Shown: positions 9,099 through 18,113, numbered from the stretch's first letter. The stretch: 64,000 nucleotides of DNA from Anaerolineae bacterium (GCA_021463865.1 JAJTXY010000004.1:162858-226857), one strand, 5' to 3'. Notes: generated by a model not told the origin, from the letters alone. Program-made: numbers and translations.

Positions 9099-9956
9099 TT
9101 GATCGGGAATCGTTCGCCGCGCACAGTGGCTATTGGCAGCGCCCTGTTTATTTCAATTGCATTAGTCATTCTCAGTTTGTTGGGAACACTCTCCCCAGCC
9201 GAAAGTTTGGGCCGTGCGCCGCTAACTTTTTTGGAGAATATTTTGGGCGGTTTCAGTGGTTCATTGGATAGCGCTGCCGATGATATTGCCGAAATTCGCT
9301 CGCTCCGTACCCGCAACCGCGAACTCGAAGAAGCCCTTGCCGATTATCAAGCCGAACTCGCCGAACTGCGCGAAATCCGCAGTGATTATGACCGTCTGAT
9401 CGCGCTGCTCAATTACACCACCCTAACGCCTGAAGATTTTCGTTATGTCACCGCCGATGTGATAGGACGGGATACCGCTGGCATCGTCCGCACCCTTCAT
9501 TTAGACAAAGGCACTCGTGATGGGATCGCCACTGGTGATCCGGTTGTCACTGAATTGGGCTTGGTGGGACGTGTGGTCAAGGTCAGTGCGACAGGCTGTG
9601 AAGTACTGCTCATCACCGATGCCAACAGCGCTGTCAACGCCCGTATCCAGAATGCGAACCGGGATGTCGGGACGATACGTGGCTCACTGTCGGGTGATCT
9701 CGTCCTGACGTTTGTTGACCCTGATGCCCAAATCGGCGTCGGCAACCTTGTATTGACCTCCGGTGAGGGTCAAAACTTCCCAGCCGATCTCATCATCGGG
9801 CAGGTGACGGGGGTCAGCCTTAGCGATGATGAATTATTCCAGCAGGCCTCGATTCGCAGTTTGGTAGATTTTTCGCGGCTCGAATTTGTCTTGATTATCA
9901 CCAACTGGGAGCCGGTTGACCTCTCAGTTTTTAATGATACGACGGGAGCCAATTAA
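9099..9956 (+). CDS. mreC: Rod shape-determining protein MreC
   Basis: TTG start, one N-terminal TM helix and a coiled coil (LRTRNRELEEALADYQAELAELREI). The beta-rich C-terminus has GLVGRVVKVSATGCEVLLITDANSAVNARIQ. It is followed directly by mreD and PBP2. Confidence 0.85.
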   Translation: MIGNRSPRTVAIGSALFISIALVILSLLGTLSPAESLGRAPLTFLENILGGFSGSLDSAADDIAEIRSLRTRNRELEEALADYQAELAELREIRSDYDRLIALLNYTTLTPEDFRYVTADVIGRDTAGIVRTLHLDKGTRDGIATGDPVVTELGLVGRVVKVSATGCEVLLITDANSAVNARIQNANRDVGTIRGSLSGDLVLTFVDPDAQIGVGNLVLTSGEGQNFPADLIIGQVTGVSLSDDELFQQASIRSLVDFSRLEFVLIITNWEPVDLSVFNDTTGAN

Positions 9957-9959
9957 GTC

Positions 9960-10469
9960 ATGGCGATTTATTATGTTGGCTTTCCAGTTCTGATGATTGT
10001 GGCGGTCATAGACGCGACCTTTATGCAGTTATTCCGATTGTGGGGTGGCGCACCCAGCCTGATGCTGATGGTGATTGTGTCGTGGGCACTCGTGGCCGAT
10101 CTCGAAGATGCATTGCCATGGGCGGTGATTGGCGGCGTGATGCGTGATCTGCTATCCGTCACGCCAACAGGCAGTTCCGCTGTGGCCTTTGTGCTGATCG
10201 TGATTGCCATTGACCGCATTTTTCCGAAAATAAGCTGGCACAATATCGCCATCCCCCCACCGACGGTTTTGGTGGCAAGTTATGTCTACGGCCTGATGAT
10301 GTTTGGGTTTCATCGGATGGCGGGTTGGGATGTGCCTTTTTTAAACGGCCTTTGGTATATCATCCTACCCAGTGCAGTCATGAATTTTGCCGCGATTCTA
10401 ATAGTCTTTCGGCTGATTGGCGGGGTCAATAACTTCCTACGTCCACAGCGCGGCTCGATGTTGCGATAG
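9960..10469 (+). CDS. mreD: Rod shape-determining protein MreD
   Basis: 169-aa protein with 5-6 TM helices, starting 4 nt after the mreC stop, in the canonical mreC-mreD position. Confidence 0.7.
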   Translation: MAIYYVGFPVLMIVAVIDATFMQLFRLWGGAPSLMLMVIVSWALVADLEDALPWAVIGGVMRDLLSVTPTGSSAVAFVLIVIAIDRIFPKISWHNIAIPPPTVLVASYVYGLMMFGFHRMAGWDVPFLNGLWYIILPSAVMNFAAILIVFRLIGGVNNFLRPQRGSMLR

Positions 10470-10503
10470 AAAAATGGTTGGGGGCATAAAGTGAGGTAGT
10501 GAT

Positions 10504-12876
10504 ATGAATCGAGTTCTTTTGCCCTTTCAAGGCTGGCGACTGCACTTCTTTCGGGGTGCGGTGGTGGCTATGTTGATTGTAATGGTTTTGCGGACATGGC
10601 AGTTACAGTTTATTCAAGGAGCCTCGTTCCGTGCCGACTCCGACGAAAATCGCTTCCAAACCCTGCCCCTCGCAGCACCGCGTGGCAAAATTTATGACCG
10701 CAATGGTCAGCCATTGGCGCTCAACGACGCCGCATTTTTGGTCACAGTTACCCCCGCCCTGCTGCCCGACGATTTGGACGAGGTGCTGCAAATCTACAAC
10801 CGTCTATCAGCATTAGTAGATGTCCCCGCCACCCGTGCCATTGCGGATGCTTCGGGGCGGGTAGATGAGATCAGCATTGACGAAAAAGTGCGAGAGGGAC
10901 AAGGTATCGCGCCTTTCCGTGCGGTGGTGATTGCTTCCGACGTGGGTGAAAATGTGGCCCGCGAAATTTTGGAAAGCCGCCAATCACTCCCCGGTGTCGC
11001 CGTTGAAGTCCGGTCAGTGCGGCGCTACCCATCCGGCGAAAAAACCTCGCAGATCATCGGTTATCTTGGCCCGATTTCTGAAGAACAAGCCCTAGAACTT
11101 ATTGAACTTGGTTATGATCCAGCCTATGACCGGGTGGGGTATGCGGGTATTGAAGCCTATTTTGAGACCGAACTGAAGGGCATCAATGGCAGCGAAACCA
11201 CCGAGATTGATGTGGCAGGTCAGCCGCTCCGCCTTGTAGATCGCACCGCCCCACAACCCGGTGTCAGCATCCAACTCACGATTGACCTTGAACTACAAGA
11301 GGCCGCCCAGCGTTTCCTCGTGGAAGGCATCAACCAACTAAATGCCCGCGAGCGCCGCCTTGTGTCCCAGTCTGGGGTGGTGATTGCCATGAATCCCAAA
11401 ACGGGCGAAATTTTGGCGATGGTCTCATGGCCGACCTATGACAACAGCCGTTTTGCTCGCAGCATTGATGCTGAGTATTATTTCGGCCTTGCCGATAATC
11501 CTCTGACCCCTTTGGTCAATCATGCGATAGGGTCGCTCTATCCCCCCGGCTCGGTCTGGAAGATGTTAACCTCCATCGCCGTGCAAGAAGAAGATGTGAT
11601 TGACCCAGCAACACCTTTATTTGACGGTGGCAGTCTGGTCCTACCCAACGCCTACGCCCCCAACGACATCGCACGCGGTCAAACGTTTGTCTGCTGGCTC
11701 GATTCTGGACATGGTACACAAAACTTGATTGACGCCATCACCAACAGTTGTGACGTGTATTTTTATCAGGTCGGTGGGGGCAATCCCTCCGTTCCCGCCT
11801 CAGTGCTAAAGCCAAATGGTCTCGGCGTGGATAACCTCTATCGTTGGGCCACCACCTTTGGCATCGGGTCTGACCTCGGCGTCGAGATTTTTGGCGAAAC
11901 CGCAGGGCGGATGCCGGATCGTGACTGGAAACGCCGTGTCTATGGCGAAAGCTGGTCAACCGGAGACACTTATAATGCCGCGTTTGGTCAGGGCTATGTC
12001 ACGGTAACGCCCTTACAGCAGTTGGCGATTATCTCTGCAATCATCAACGACGGGGTGTTTATGCAGCCAACCCTCCTCAAAAATTTCCAAGACGCCAGTG
12101 GCAACATTTTGCAGGAATTTCCCCCACAGGTTATGCGTACCGTTGTCCCACCTGCCGATGGGAGTCCGATGATTCTCAATATCCGCGAGGATATGTTGGT
12201 ACAGGGAGCCAACAGTCTGTCCTGCCGCTGTGAATCAGATTCGCCCTACTATGCACCAGAGCGCTGCAATCCCGACACCTATACGGGCCAATTTGACAGC
12301 GACCCCGCCGCCGAAGTTGAAAGTTTTATTCAATATAGAGTCCACGTCCCCTATCAATATCGCTGGAATGCTGGATTGTGCGACCCGTTGGCGATTCAGG
12401 ACTGGCAGGGATATACCCCCCCGATTGCCTCCATCGAGAGTTTCCGCCTTGCTCAACAAGGGATGCTAGAAGTGGTTACACGGGGGACATCTTCGGCGGC
12501 GGCCAACCCCGCAGCCCCACCGTTGGGATATGTGTCGGAAGGCGGAAAAACGGGCACCGCAGAATATTGCGACGACATCGCCCGACCACAGGGGTTGTGC
12601 ATTCCCGGACGCTGGCCCTCACACGCATGGTATGTTGGTTATGCCCCCGCTGACGACCCCGAAATCGCTGTCGTTGCCTTTGTCTATAATGGCGGTGAAG
12701 GTTCGCAGAACGCCATGCCGATTGTGCGCCGTGTGCTGGATTATTATTTCCGTCGGCCCGCGCCCGAACCTGAGACCGAGACGACCACCACCGTTGAACC
12801 GACTGGCGAGACCGATGCAACGGCTACACCGGAAAGCACCGAGCCTGTGCCAACGGAGACCCCAGCAGCGCAATAG
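10504..12876 (+). CDS. mrdA: Penicillin-binding protein 2 (class B transpeptidase) with an internal Cys-containing insertion and a Pro/Thr/Glu-rich tail
   Basis: N-terminal TM helix. Active-site motifs are SxxK (PPGSVWKML), SxD (NSCDVYFYQ) and KTG (GGKTGTAEY). The C-terminal tail reads PAPEPETETTTTVEPTGETDATATPESTEPVPTETPAAQ. Confidence 0.88.
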   Translation: MNRVLLPFQGWRLHFFRGAVVAMLIVMVLRTWQLQFIQGASFRADSDENRFQTLPLAAPRGKIYDRNGQPLALNDAAFLVTVTPALLPDDLDEVLQIYNRLSALVDVPATRAIADASGRVDEISIDEKVREGQGIAPFRAVVIASDVGENVAREILESRQSLPGVAVEVRSVRRYPSGEKTSQIIGYLGPISEEQALELIELGYDPAYDRVGYAGIEAYFETELKGINGSETTEIDVAGQPLRLVDRTAPQPGVSIQLTIDLELQEAAQRFLVEGINQLNARERRLVSQSGVVIAMNPKTGEILAMVSWPTYDNSRFARSIDAEYYFGLADNPLTPLVNHAIGSLYPPGSVWKMLTSIAVQEEDVIDPATPLFDGGSLVLPNAYAPNDIARGQTFVCWLDSGHGTQNLIDAITNSCDVYFYQVGGGNPSVPASVLKPNGLGVDNLYRWATTFGIGSDLGVEIFGETAGRMPDRDWKRRVYGESWSTGDTYNAAFGQGYVTVTPLQQLAIISAIINDGVFMQPTLLKNFQDASGNILQEFPPQVMRTVVPPADGSPMILNIREDMLVQGANSLSCRCESDSPYYAPERCNPDTYTGQFDSDPAAEVESFIQYRVHVPYQYRWNAGLCDPLAIQDWQGYTPPIASIESFRLAQQGMLEVVTRGTSSAAANPAAPPLGYVSEGGKTGTAEYCDDIARPQGLCIPGRWPSHAWYVGYAPADDPEIAVVAFVYNGGEGSQNAMPIVRRVLDYYFRRPAPEPETETTTTVEPTGETDATATPESTEPVPTETPAAQ

Positions 12877-12890
12877 ACATACATGAAAAT

Positions 12891-12932
12891 GGGCAGATTT
12901 AGACTTGCGCTAGGTCTGCCCCGCAAGTTTGT
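12891..12932 (+). terminator. Two overlapping alternative hairpins after PBP2, the second followed by TTTGT
   Basis: GGGCAGA (12891-12897) pairs with TCTGCCC (12915-12921). ACTTGCG (12903-12909) pairs with CGCAAGT (12922-12928). The two hairpins are mutually exclusive. Confidence 0.45.
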
Positions 12933-13110
12933 ATGTTGTATATAATATCAGGCATAAAATCCCATCACCAAGGCTTAATCTCTGCTCAAAAATACTCTCA
13001 AAACCTCTCAAAACGAAACTTGAGAGATTTTGATAGGCACACCACGCTATCGTTATGAACAACTTGATGGATCGGAAACACAACTCCAAATGCAAAGGGG
13101 TAGAAGTACA

Positions 13111-13305
13111 ATGAACATTTCTCAAAACTGGCGGCTGAATCCCCAACGGTATACCCTCGAAGGGTCATCCAACGAACAGGGTGAGGTCACTTTTCCGCCA
13201 CGTCCCAATATCGAAAATCGCTTGCCCGAACACTACGAATTTGAACTCGATAGTGCTGTTGAGACCGAAGCGCCTGAAGTTGTAGCGATTCAGCGAGTTG
13301 CCTAA
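13111..13305 (+). CDS. DUF35-like N-terminal fragment (Zn-ribbon region with no cysteines)
   Basis: ..RYTLEGSSNEQGEVTFPPRPNIENRL.. follows the DUF35 Zn-ribbon pattern (L.G..C..CG...FPPR..C..C), but every Cys position is substituted. The stop lies 4 nt before the next ATG, which is in a different frame. Confidence 0.45.
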   Translation: MNISQNWRLNPQRYTLEGSSNEQGEVTFPPRPNIENRLPEHYEFELDSAVETEAPEVVAIQRVA

Positions 13306-13309
13306 TTAC

Positions 13310-13612
13310 ATGAGCGTCCAAACGTCGCCAACGACCTCCCCTACCCCTGTCAAACTCGGCGGCAAAGGCGAGGTCTATAGTTTTACCATTGTGACCGACC
13401 CCCCGGCGGGTTTTGAAGAGCAAGCGCCCTATGCTTTGGCGTTGGTGCGCCTTGCCGAAGGCCCACTGGTAACAGCTCAATTGACCGACCTTGATGGCCC
13501 GCCACATATTGGTATGCAGGTTGAAATGGTCACGCGCAAACTGAGCACTGAAGGCCCAGAGGGGATTATTATCTACGGCTATAAATTTCGCCCCCTGTTA
13601 AATCCCACTTGA
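13310..13612 (+). CDS. DUF35 OB-fold domain protein (acyl-CoA-associated OB fold)
   Basis: GGKGEVYSFTIVTDPPAGFEEQAPYALALVRLAEGPLVTAQLTDLD..IGMQVEMV matches the DUF35 OB-fold pattern (G.v.s.T.v.....f....Py..a.V.L.eG). Confidence 0.6.
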   Translation: MSVQTSPTTSPTPVKLGGKGEVYSFTIVTDPPAGFEEQAPYALALVRLAEGPLVTAQLTDLDGPPHIGMQVEMVTRKLSTEGPEGIIIYGYKFRPLLNPT

Positions 13613-13636
13613 TTCAAAATCACCCTGAACATTTTA

Positions 13637-13681
13637 GAACTCCGACGTGTATATATTTTGAAGAACACGCCGGAGTTTTTG
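13637..13681 (+). terminator. Rho-independent terminator after the DUF35 pair
   Basis: GAACTCCGACGTGT (13637-13650) pairs with ACACGCCGGAGTT (13666-13678) with one mismatch. A T-run follows. Confidence 0.7.
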
Positions 13682-13760
13682 GTTATGCCCCTTTTACCTT
13701 TGCGGTTCTTACGGTATCATATTGACGCGAATAGCTTATTTTTTGGGAGATAATTTGCTA

Positions 13761-14171
13761 ATGAAACGTGCTGTTTTGATGATAGTTCCCCTGCTGGTGA
13801 TCTTGAGTCTCTCAGCGTGCAGCGGTGATGTTTATAGCCTAGCCTATACCGCCTCCGGGGATGGCACAAACCCCAATGCACTTGTTGAAAATAGCGGACA
13901 ATTTTTGGTCACCGACGATTTGAATATAGTTGTTCGATTGAACAAACATAACGATGATGTTGAAGTTGAAGCCCGTTTCTATCTACCAGAAGATGTGCCG
14001 TTGGGTGATCCGCTGAAGATGACGGCCAGCAAAGATGTCGGCACGGTGGTACTTGGGTTGGATTATGAAACCCGCCCCGATCAAACTACTGATTGGCCGC
14101 GTGGCACCTATAAGGTAGATATTTTTGTAGATGGCGAAAAATCTGAGACGATCTCATTTAAAGTCGGTTAG
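13761..14171 (+). CDS. Small lipoprotein, function unknown
   Basis: MKRAVLMIVPLLVILSLSACSG has a signal peptide and lipobox (LSAC). The protein is beta-rich and has no recognisable family. Confidence 0.65.
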   Translation: MKRAVLMIVPLLVILSLSACSGDVYSLAYTASGDGTNPNALVENSGQFLVTDDLNIVVRLNKHNDDVEVEARFYLPEDVPLGDPLKMTASKDVGTVVLGLDYETRPDQTTDWPRGTYKVDIFVDGEKSETISFKVG

Positions 14172-14210
14172 AGGCCTCATAGGATTCGCCGTTTCATATG
14201 CCTAAATGTC

Positions 14211-14237
14211 AAAAGCCCATAAAAATTGGGCTTTTTG
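14211..14237 (+). terminator. Rho-independent terminator
   Basis: AAAAGCCCA - TAAAAAT - TGGGCTTTT, followed by T. Confidence 0.7.
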
Positions 14238-14427
14238 CATTAAAAATTAAGGATAAAACTCTCACCCACGAATAAAGTTCTTTAAGGTATACTAGAAGAT
14301 AAATGGCGACCTTTGCATGTATAGCCCCATCTAGCTGTGGAGGTCATATCGAAAACGAAAAAAGGCATTATTTGTCCTATCCCCATTGTTCAGTTTCAAG
14401 TCTAACCTTGTGAGAGGAGTTTTTCGC

Positions 14428-15717
14428 ATGGCTGTTATACAGTCAGCCCCTATTACCGCCCCCAATGAGGCCTATCAGACCGCAATGGCGCAGTATGACC
14501 GGGCCGTATCGTATCTGAATTTACACGATGGTCTAGTCGAGTTCATGCGTCACCCCAAACGGGAATATACGTTCCATTTCCCGGTACGGATGGATAACGA
14601 CGAAGTACAGATGTTTACAGGCTATCGTGTCCATCACAACACAGTCCTCGGCCCTTCCAAAGGTGGTATTCGCTACGCACCGTATGTCAATATTGATGAA
14701 GTACGCGCCCTCGCCATGTGGATGACATGGAAATGTGCATTGGTTGGTCTTCCCTATGGGGGAGCTAAAGGCGGTGTCATCTGCGACCCCAAAGTGCTTT
14801 CTAGACGTGAAAATGAAGCCCTTACCCGCCGTTTTGCCTCAGAGTTAGCCCCCGTCATTAGTCCCTACAGTGATATTCCCGCTCCCGATATGGGTACCAA
14901 CGCCCAAACAATGGCATGGATGATGGATACTTATTCGATGACAATGGGCTATTCTGTCCCCGGTGTCGTCACAGGCAAGCCCATCAACATTGGCGGGAGT
15001 GAAGGCCGCGAAGAAGCTACCGGACGCGGCACGGTCATTGTGATGGAAGAAGCCCTTAAGCACAGCCAAGACCAAGAAACCAATAAAAACGAAATCAAGG
15101 TTGTGATACAAGGCTTTGGAAATGTAGGCTCATTTGCCTCCCTATATGCCGATGAATTAGGCTATAAGGTGATCGGTGTCAGTGATGTCAGCGGTGGTGT
15201 CTACAGCCCCAATGGCCTCGACATCCGCGAACTCTTTAATTACACCCGTCAAGGCAAAATGCTCAACGATTACATTAGCCGCGATGTGGATCATCTCACC
15301 AATGCTGAATTGCTAGAACTCCCCTGCGATGTGTTGATCCCTGCCGCGATGGAAGGTCAAATCACCCATAAGAATGCGGATAAGATTCGAGCCAAGCTGA
15401 TTGTTGAAGGCGCGAATGGCCCTACCACCACCGAAGCTGACGACATTTTAAATGAACGTGGCGTCCTTGTGGTGCCAGACATCCTTGCCAACGCAGGTGG
15501 GGTCACTGTTTCCTATTTTGAATGGGTACAAGACCTGCAAATGTTCTCGTGGGATATTGATGAAATCCGCCGCCAACTGCAACGGATTTTGGTCAAGGCG
15601 TTTGACAAAGTGGCACAGGTACGTGAAGACTTTGGTACCGATATGCGGACTGCTGCCCAGATTCATGCCATCAAGCGTGTCGCCGATGCCACGATGATAC
15701 GCGGCTTCTATCCATGA
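14428..15717 (+). CDS. gdhA: Glutamate dehydrogenase (Glu/Leu/Phe/Val dehydrogenase family)
   Basis: ..GPSKGGIRYAPYVNIDEVRALAMWMTWKCALVGLPYGGAKGG.. contains the catalytic Lys/Gly-rich signature. The Rossmann motif is IQGFGNVGS. ATG 14428 is preceded by GAGAGGAG. Confidence 0.92.
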   Translation: MAVIQSAPITAPNEAYQTAMAQYDRAVSYLNLHDGLVEFMRHPKREYTFHFPVRMDNDEVQMFTGYRVHHNTVLGPSKGGIRYAPYVNIDEVRALAMWMTWKCALVGLPYGGAKGGVICDPKVLSRRENEALTRRFASELAPVISPYSDIPAPDMGTNAQTMAWMMDTYSMTMGYSVPGVVTGKPINIGGSEGREEATGRGTVIVMEEALKHSQDQETNKNEIKVVIQGFGNVGSFASLYADELGYKVIGVSDVSGGVYSPNGLDIRELFNYTRQGKMLNDYISRDVDHLTNAELLELPCDVLIPAAMEGQITHKNADKIRAKLIVEGANGPTTTEADDILNERGVLVVPDILANAGGVTVSYFEWVQDLQMFSWDIDEIRRQLQRILVKAFDKVAQVREDFGTDMRTAAQIHAIKRVADATMIRGFYP

Positions 15718-15740
15718 CGCGCTAATCGAACATAAAAATG

Positions 15741-15771
15741 AAAAAAGGACGGGGCGACCTGTCCTTTTTTG
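15741..15771. terminator. Bidirectional Rho-independent terminator between convergent genes
   Basis: AAAAA-AGGACGGG-GCGA-CCTGTCCT-TTTTTT forms an 8-bp stem (one G-T pair) with a GNRA-type loop, an A-run on one side and a T-run on the other. Confidence 0.8.
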
Positions 15772-15796
15772 ATTGAACCACTGAACATTTCAGCGG

Positions 15797-17989
15797 CTAT
15801 GCCATAGTCTGTTCGCTGTAATAACGGATAAAGCGTTCAATCGCTTCGGGTTCCAACAAACGCCCCGGCGTAGTAATGCTGTAGCTGCTGGCCCACACCG
15901 ACCCATATACCTCCGGGTCTTGACCTAGCGCTTCCAACAAGTAGTGGTTGGTTTCGCCCATCAAGATGTCCATCATCTCGGCAGGCTGTGCTTTAACCGG
16001 AATTTCGATATGGACATTTACCCAAAACTCCCCGACCATGACATCCACAAAATCCCAATCCTGTTCGCTGGCGACTTTTTGCAGCCAATAGCCAAGGGGT
16101 TCGCTGTAATCCACTAAGCGGATATTCGGCGCTTGCAATAACCACAAACACGCAAAACCCGCATAACTTCCCGGCTCGCGCACAGTCGGGCCAGTCTTCA
16201 CCTCACGCAGTCCAGCCGGTGCTTTTAGGTCAGTGGGGCGGCTGTGTTGGGTGGGGACATCTTCCTCAATAATGGTTGCCACCTGTTCGGCCATTTCCGG
16301 CGAGGTTGGCACATGTACTTCATCTGTATTGGGTGTTTTCTCCGGCACCAGCATCAGGGCCTCGGTCAATTGAGCCACCTGTTTGCGAATCATCCGTACT
16401 GGCAAATCACCAGAGAATACCAATGTCAGCGTCAAATCATCCACACTGCGCACGCTGAACAATAGGCATTGCCCATAACCTTCCAGATGGAGATAGCGCA
16501 TACGGGTATTATTTTCGCCCTCCCGGTGCCATGCCATCAACACCGCTTGGACAATTTCGTGCCATATATCGCTCGAAAAATTGCCCGTGCGCCCCACTGG
16601 ATAATCATGATGCGTCAGCAAAATCCCCAGCGCCGAGTTCTCCAACGAAAGCTGGGTAAGTTGCAGTGCAGCCCGTGCAATCACATCCATCTCCCCCAAC
16701 ATCTCCTCCACCGCTGCCTCATCAACACGCAGCAATTCGGTTTCAGGTAGAGTTGCATTTTGGTCGGGCAGCACCATCGCCTGTGTAACGTCCTCAAGGG
16801 TAGTAGGCACTAATTCAGCCTCATCCAGCACTGTTTTCATGCTGTCGGTACTGGTTTTGGAAAGCACTGCATATAAACGCGGATCTTCGTCACTTTCGGC
16901 TTCAGCAAGGGCTTCAAGTAGTTCCACATTGATTGGGCCAGAATCATGACTTGGCCCTTGCAACCACTCGATTTCTTCCCGTGTCAACGGATCGGGAATC
17001 AGATCAAATTCCGGCAGCAAAATAGGCTGAGTCACCGCGAGATACGGCGTCGTGTCATATTCTTTCGGTTCAAATAGGTCAGGGTCTATCGGTTGGAGAC
17101 GCTCCCCCGTTTTTTCTAATAATTCCTCAACCGTTGTTGGAGTGGGATGCAGCGCCTTCAGGAGTCCGGCCAGATAAGCCCTTTCTTCTTTGGTGCGCGG
17201 CTTTAACCATGAGGGCAAGGGTCGAATTTGAGGCTGTCCGGTCTGCTGCGAAAGCTGTTCGATACGCATCAAGACTGTATCCAATGGCATAGCTTCATTT
17301 TCGGTAATACGCAGTGCCGCCGCCGCCATCAAGCCCGTGTTTTCCCCTGACTCCACCGTCCGATTGGACAGCGGACTGCCAGCGGATTCAGGTGAGGTGG
17401 GCAGCATCTGTTGACTTTCGTTGGCTTCATGGCCTCCCAAAATCTCCGCGACGACTGCCGGGTCTTGTAACAATTCTAGCACCCGCCCCACTGTCGCACC
17501 TTCCTCAATCGGCGGTTCTGGGTCAATCGCTTGCATCATCGCGGCCTCAACCACCGTCTCGATTGGGACAACATTATCTCGGCGGATAGAAGATTCATTG
17601 GCCTTGTTGCGTAGATTGGAGTAAAAATCATAGCCCTGCTTGATGGCGTGTTCAATCAATTGGGCCAAATCTCGTGCTACATAAGGTTTGTGGGCATATC
17701 CCTGTACATCCAACGCCGGCACACGGTCAGGGTCACTGGGTGTACTACCCGATACGATAACGGGCAAATCCGGTTGGCGCACCCGCATCCCCAAAATGAG
17801 TTCGGCAGGGTCACCATGTTCAAGGTGCAAATCCACCACCGCAACCGAATACCGTTGTTCGTCCAGTGCCGAAAGGGCTGGACGTGAACGGCCCATGGCG
17901 CGGACATCAAAATCTAATTCCTCAAGGGCTTTTTTTAGCCGCAGGATAAACCCAATATCCGAATCTACAATCAAAACCCGCCGTGTCAT
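15797..17989 (-). CDS. Multidomain response-regulator protein: N-terminal receiver, long acidic linker, Roadblock/LC7-like segment, C-terminal degenerate IS200/Y1-transposase-like domain
   Basis: Start set at ATG 17989 (MTRRVLIVDSD). REC motifs are VAVVDLHL, VSGS and HKPY. The middle segment ..ENSALGILLTHHDYPVGRTG..CLLFSV..LTLTLVFSG.. looks Roadblock-like. The C-terminus ..WVNVHIEIPVKAQPAEMMDILMGETNHYL..SVWASSYSITTPG..IERFIRYYSEQ resembles the Y1_Tnp pattern (DHVHLLV..P..s...v..lKg.s...l...lW...Y...tvG....v..YI..Q). Confidence 0.6.
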   Translation of the reverse strand: MTRRVLIVDSDIGFILRLKKALEELDFDVRAMGRSRPALSALDEQRYSVAVVDLHLEHGDPAELILGMRVRQPDLPVIVSGSTPSDPDRVPALDVQGYAHKPYVARDLAQLIEHAIKQGYDFYSNLRNKANESSIRRDNVVPIETVVEAAMMQAIDPEPPIEEGATVGRVLELLQDPAVVAEILGGHEANESQQMLPTSPESAGSPLSNRTVESGENTGLMAAAALRITENEAMPLDTVLMRIEQLSQQTGQPQIRPLPSWLKPRTKEERAYLAGLLKALHPTPTTVEELLEKTGERLQPIDPDLFEPKEYDTTPYLAVTQPILLPEFDLIPDPLTREEIEWLQGPSHDSGPINVELLEALAEAESDEDPRLYAVLSKTSTDSMKTVLDEAELVPTTLEDVTQAMVLPDQNATLPETELLRVDEAAVEEMLGEMDVIARAALQLTQLSLENSALGILLTHHDYPVGRTGNFSSDIWHEIVQAVLMAWHREGENNTRMRYLHLEGYGQCLLFSVRSVDDLTLTLVFSGDLPVRMIRKQVAQLTEALMLVPEKTPNTDEVHVPTSPEMAEQVATIIEEDVPTQHSRPTDLKAPAGLREVKTGPTVREPGSYAGFACLWLLQAPNIRLVDYSEPLGYWLQKVASEQDWDFVDVMVGEFWVNVHIEIPVKAQPAEMMDILMGETNHYLLEALGQDPEVYGSVWASSYSITTPGRLLEPEAIERFIRYYSEQTMA

Positions 17990-18069
17990 GAATTTGCCTC
18001 TAATCGCGTTCCAATAGATGCACCTCTTAGGATAGCAGAAAACTTTCGCCCCCCGCAACGAGTAGGTAA

Positions 18070-18113
18070 ATAAAAATCCCCCCACCGAGCCTCGACAGCT
18101 ACTAATGGAGGGA
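18070..18113 (-). terminator. Rho-independent terminator downstream of SBP1
   Basis: On the minus strand, TCCCTCCA ... TGGGGGGA forms an 8-bp stem with one mismatch, followed by TTTTTATTT. It lies 68 nt after the SBP1 stop. Confidence 0.55.

Noticed and set aside
15797-17989. An IS200/IS605 insertion sequence, because of the Y1-transposase-like C-terminal segment.
   Set aside because: The domain is fused in frame to a 600-aa receiver protein. The HUH motif is degenerate (NVH). There is no tnpB, and no flanking subterminal hairpins or boundaries. It is not a mobile element.
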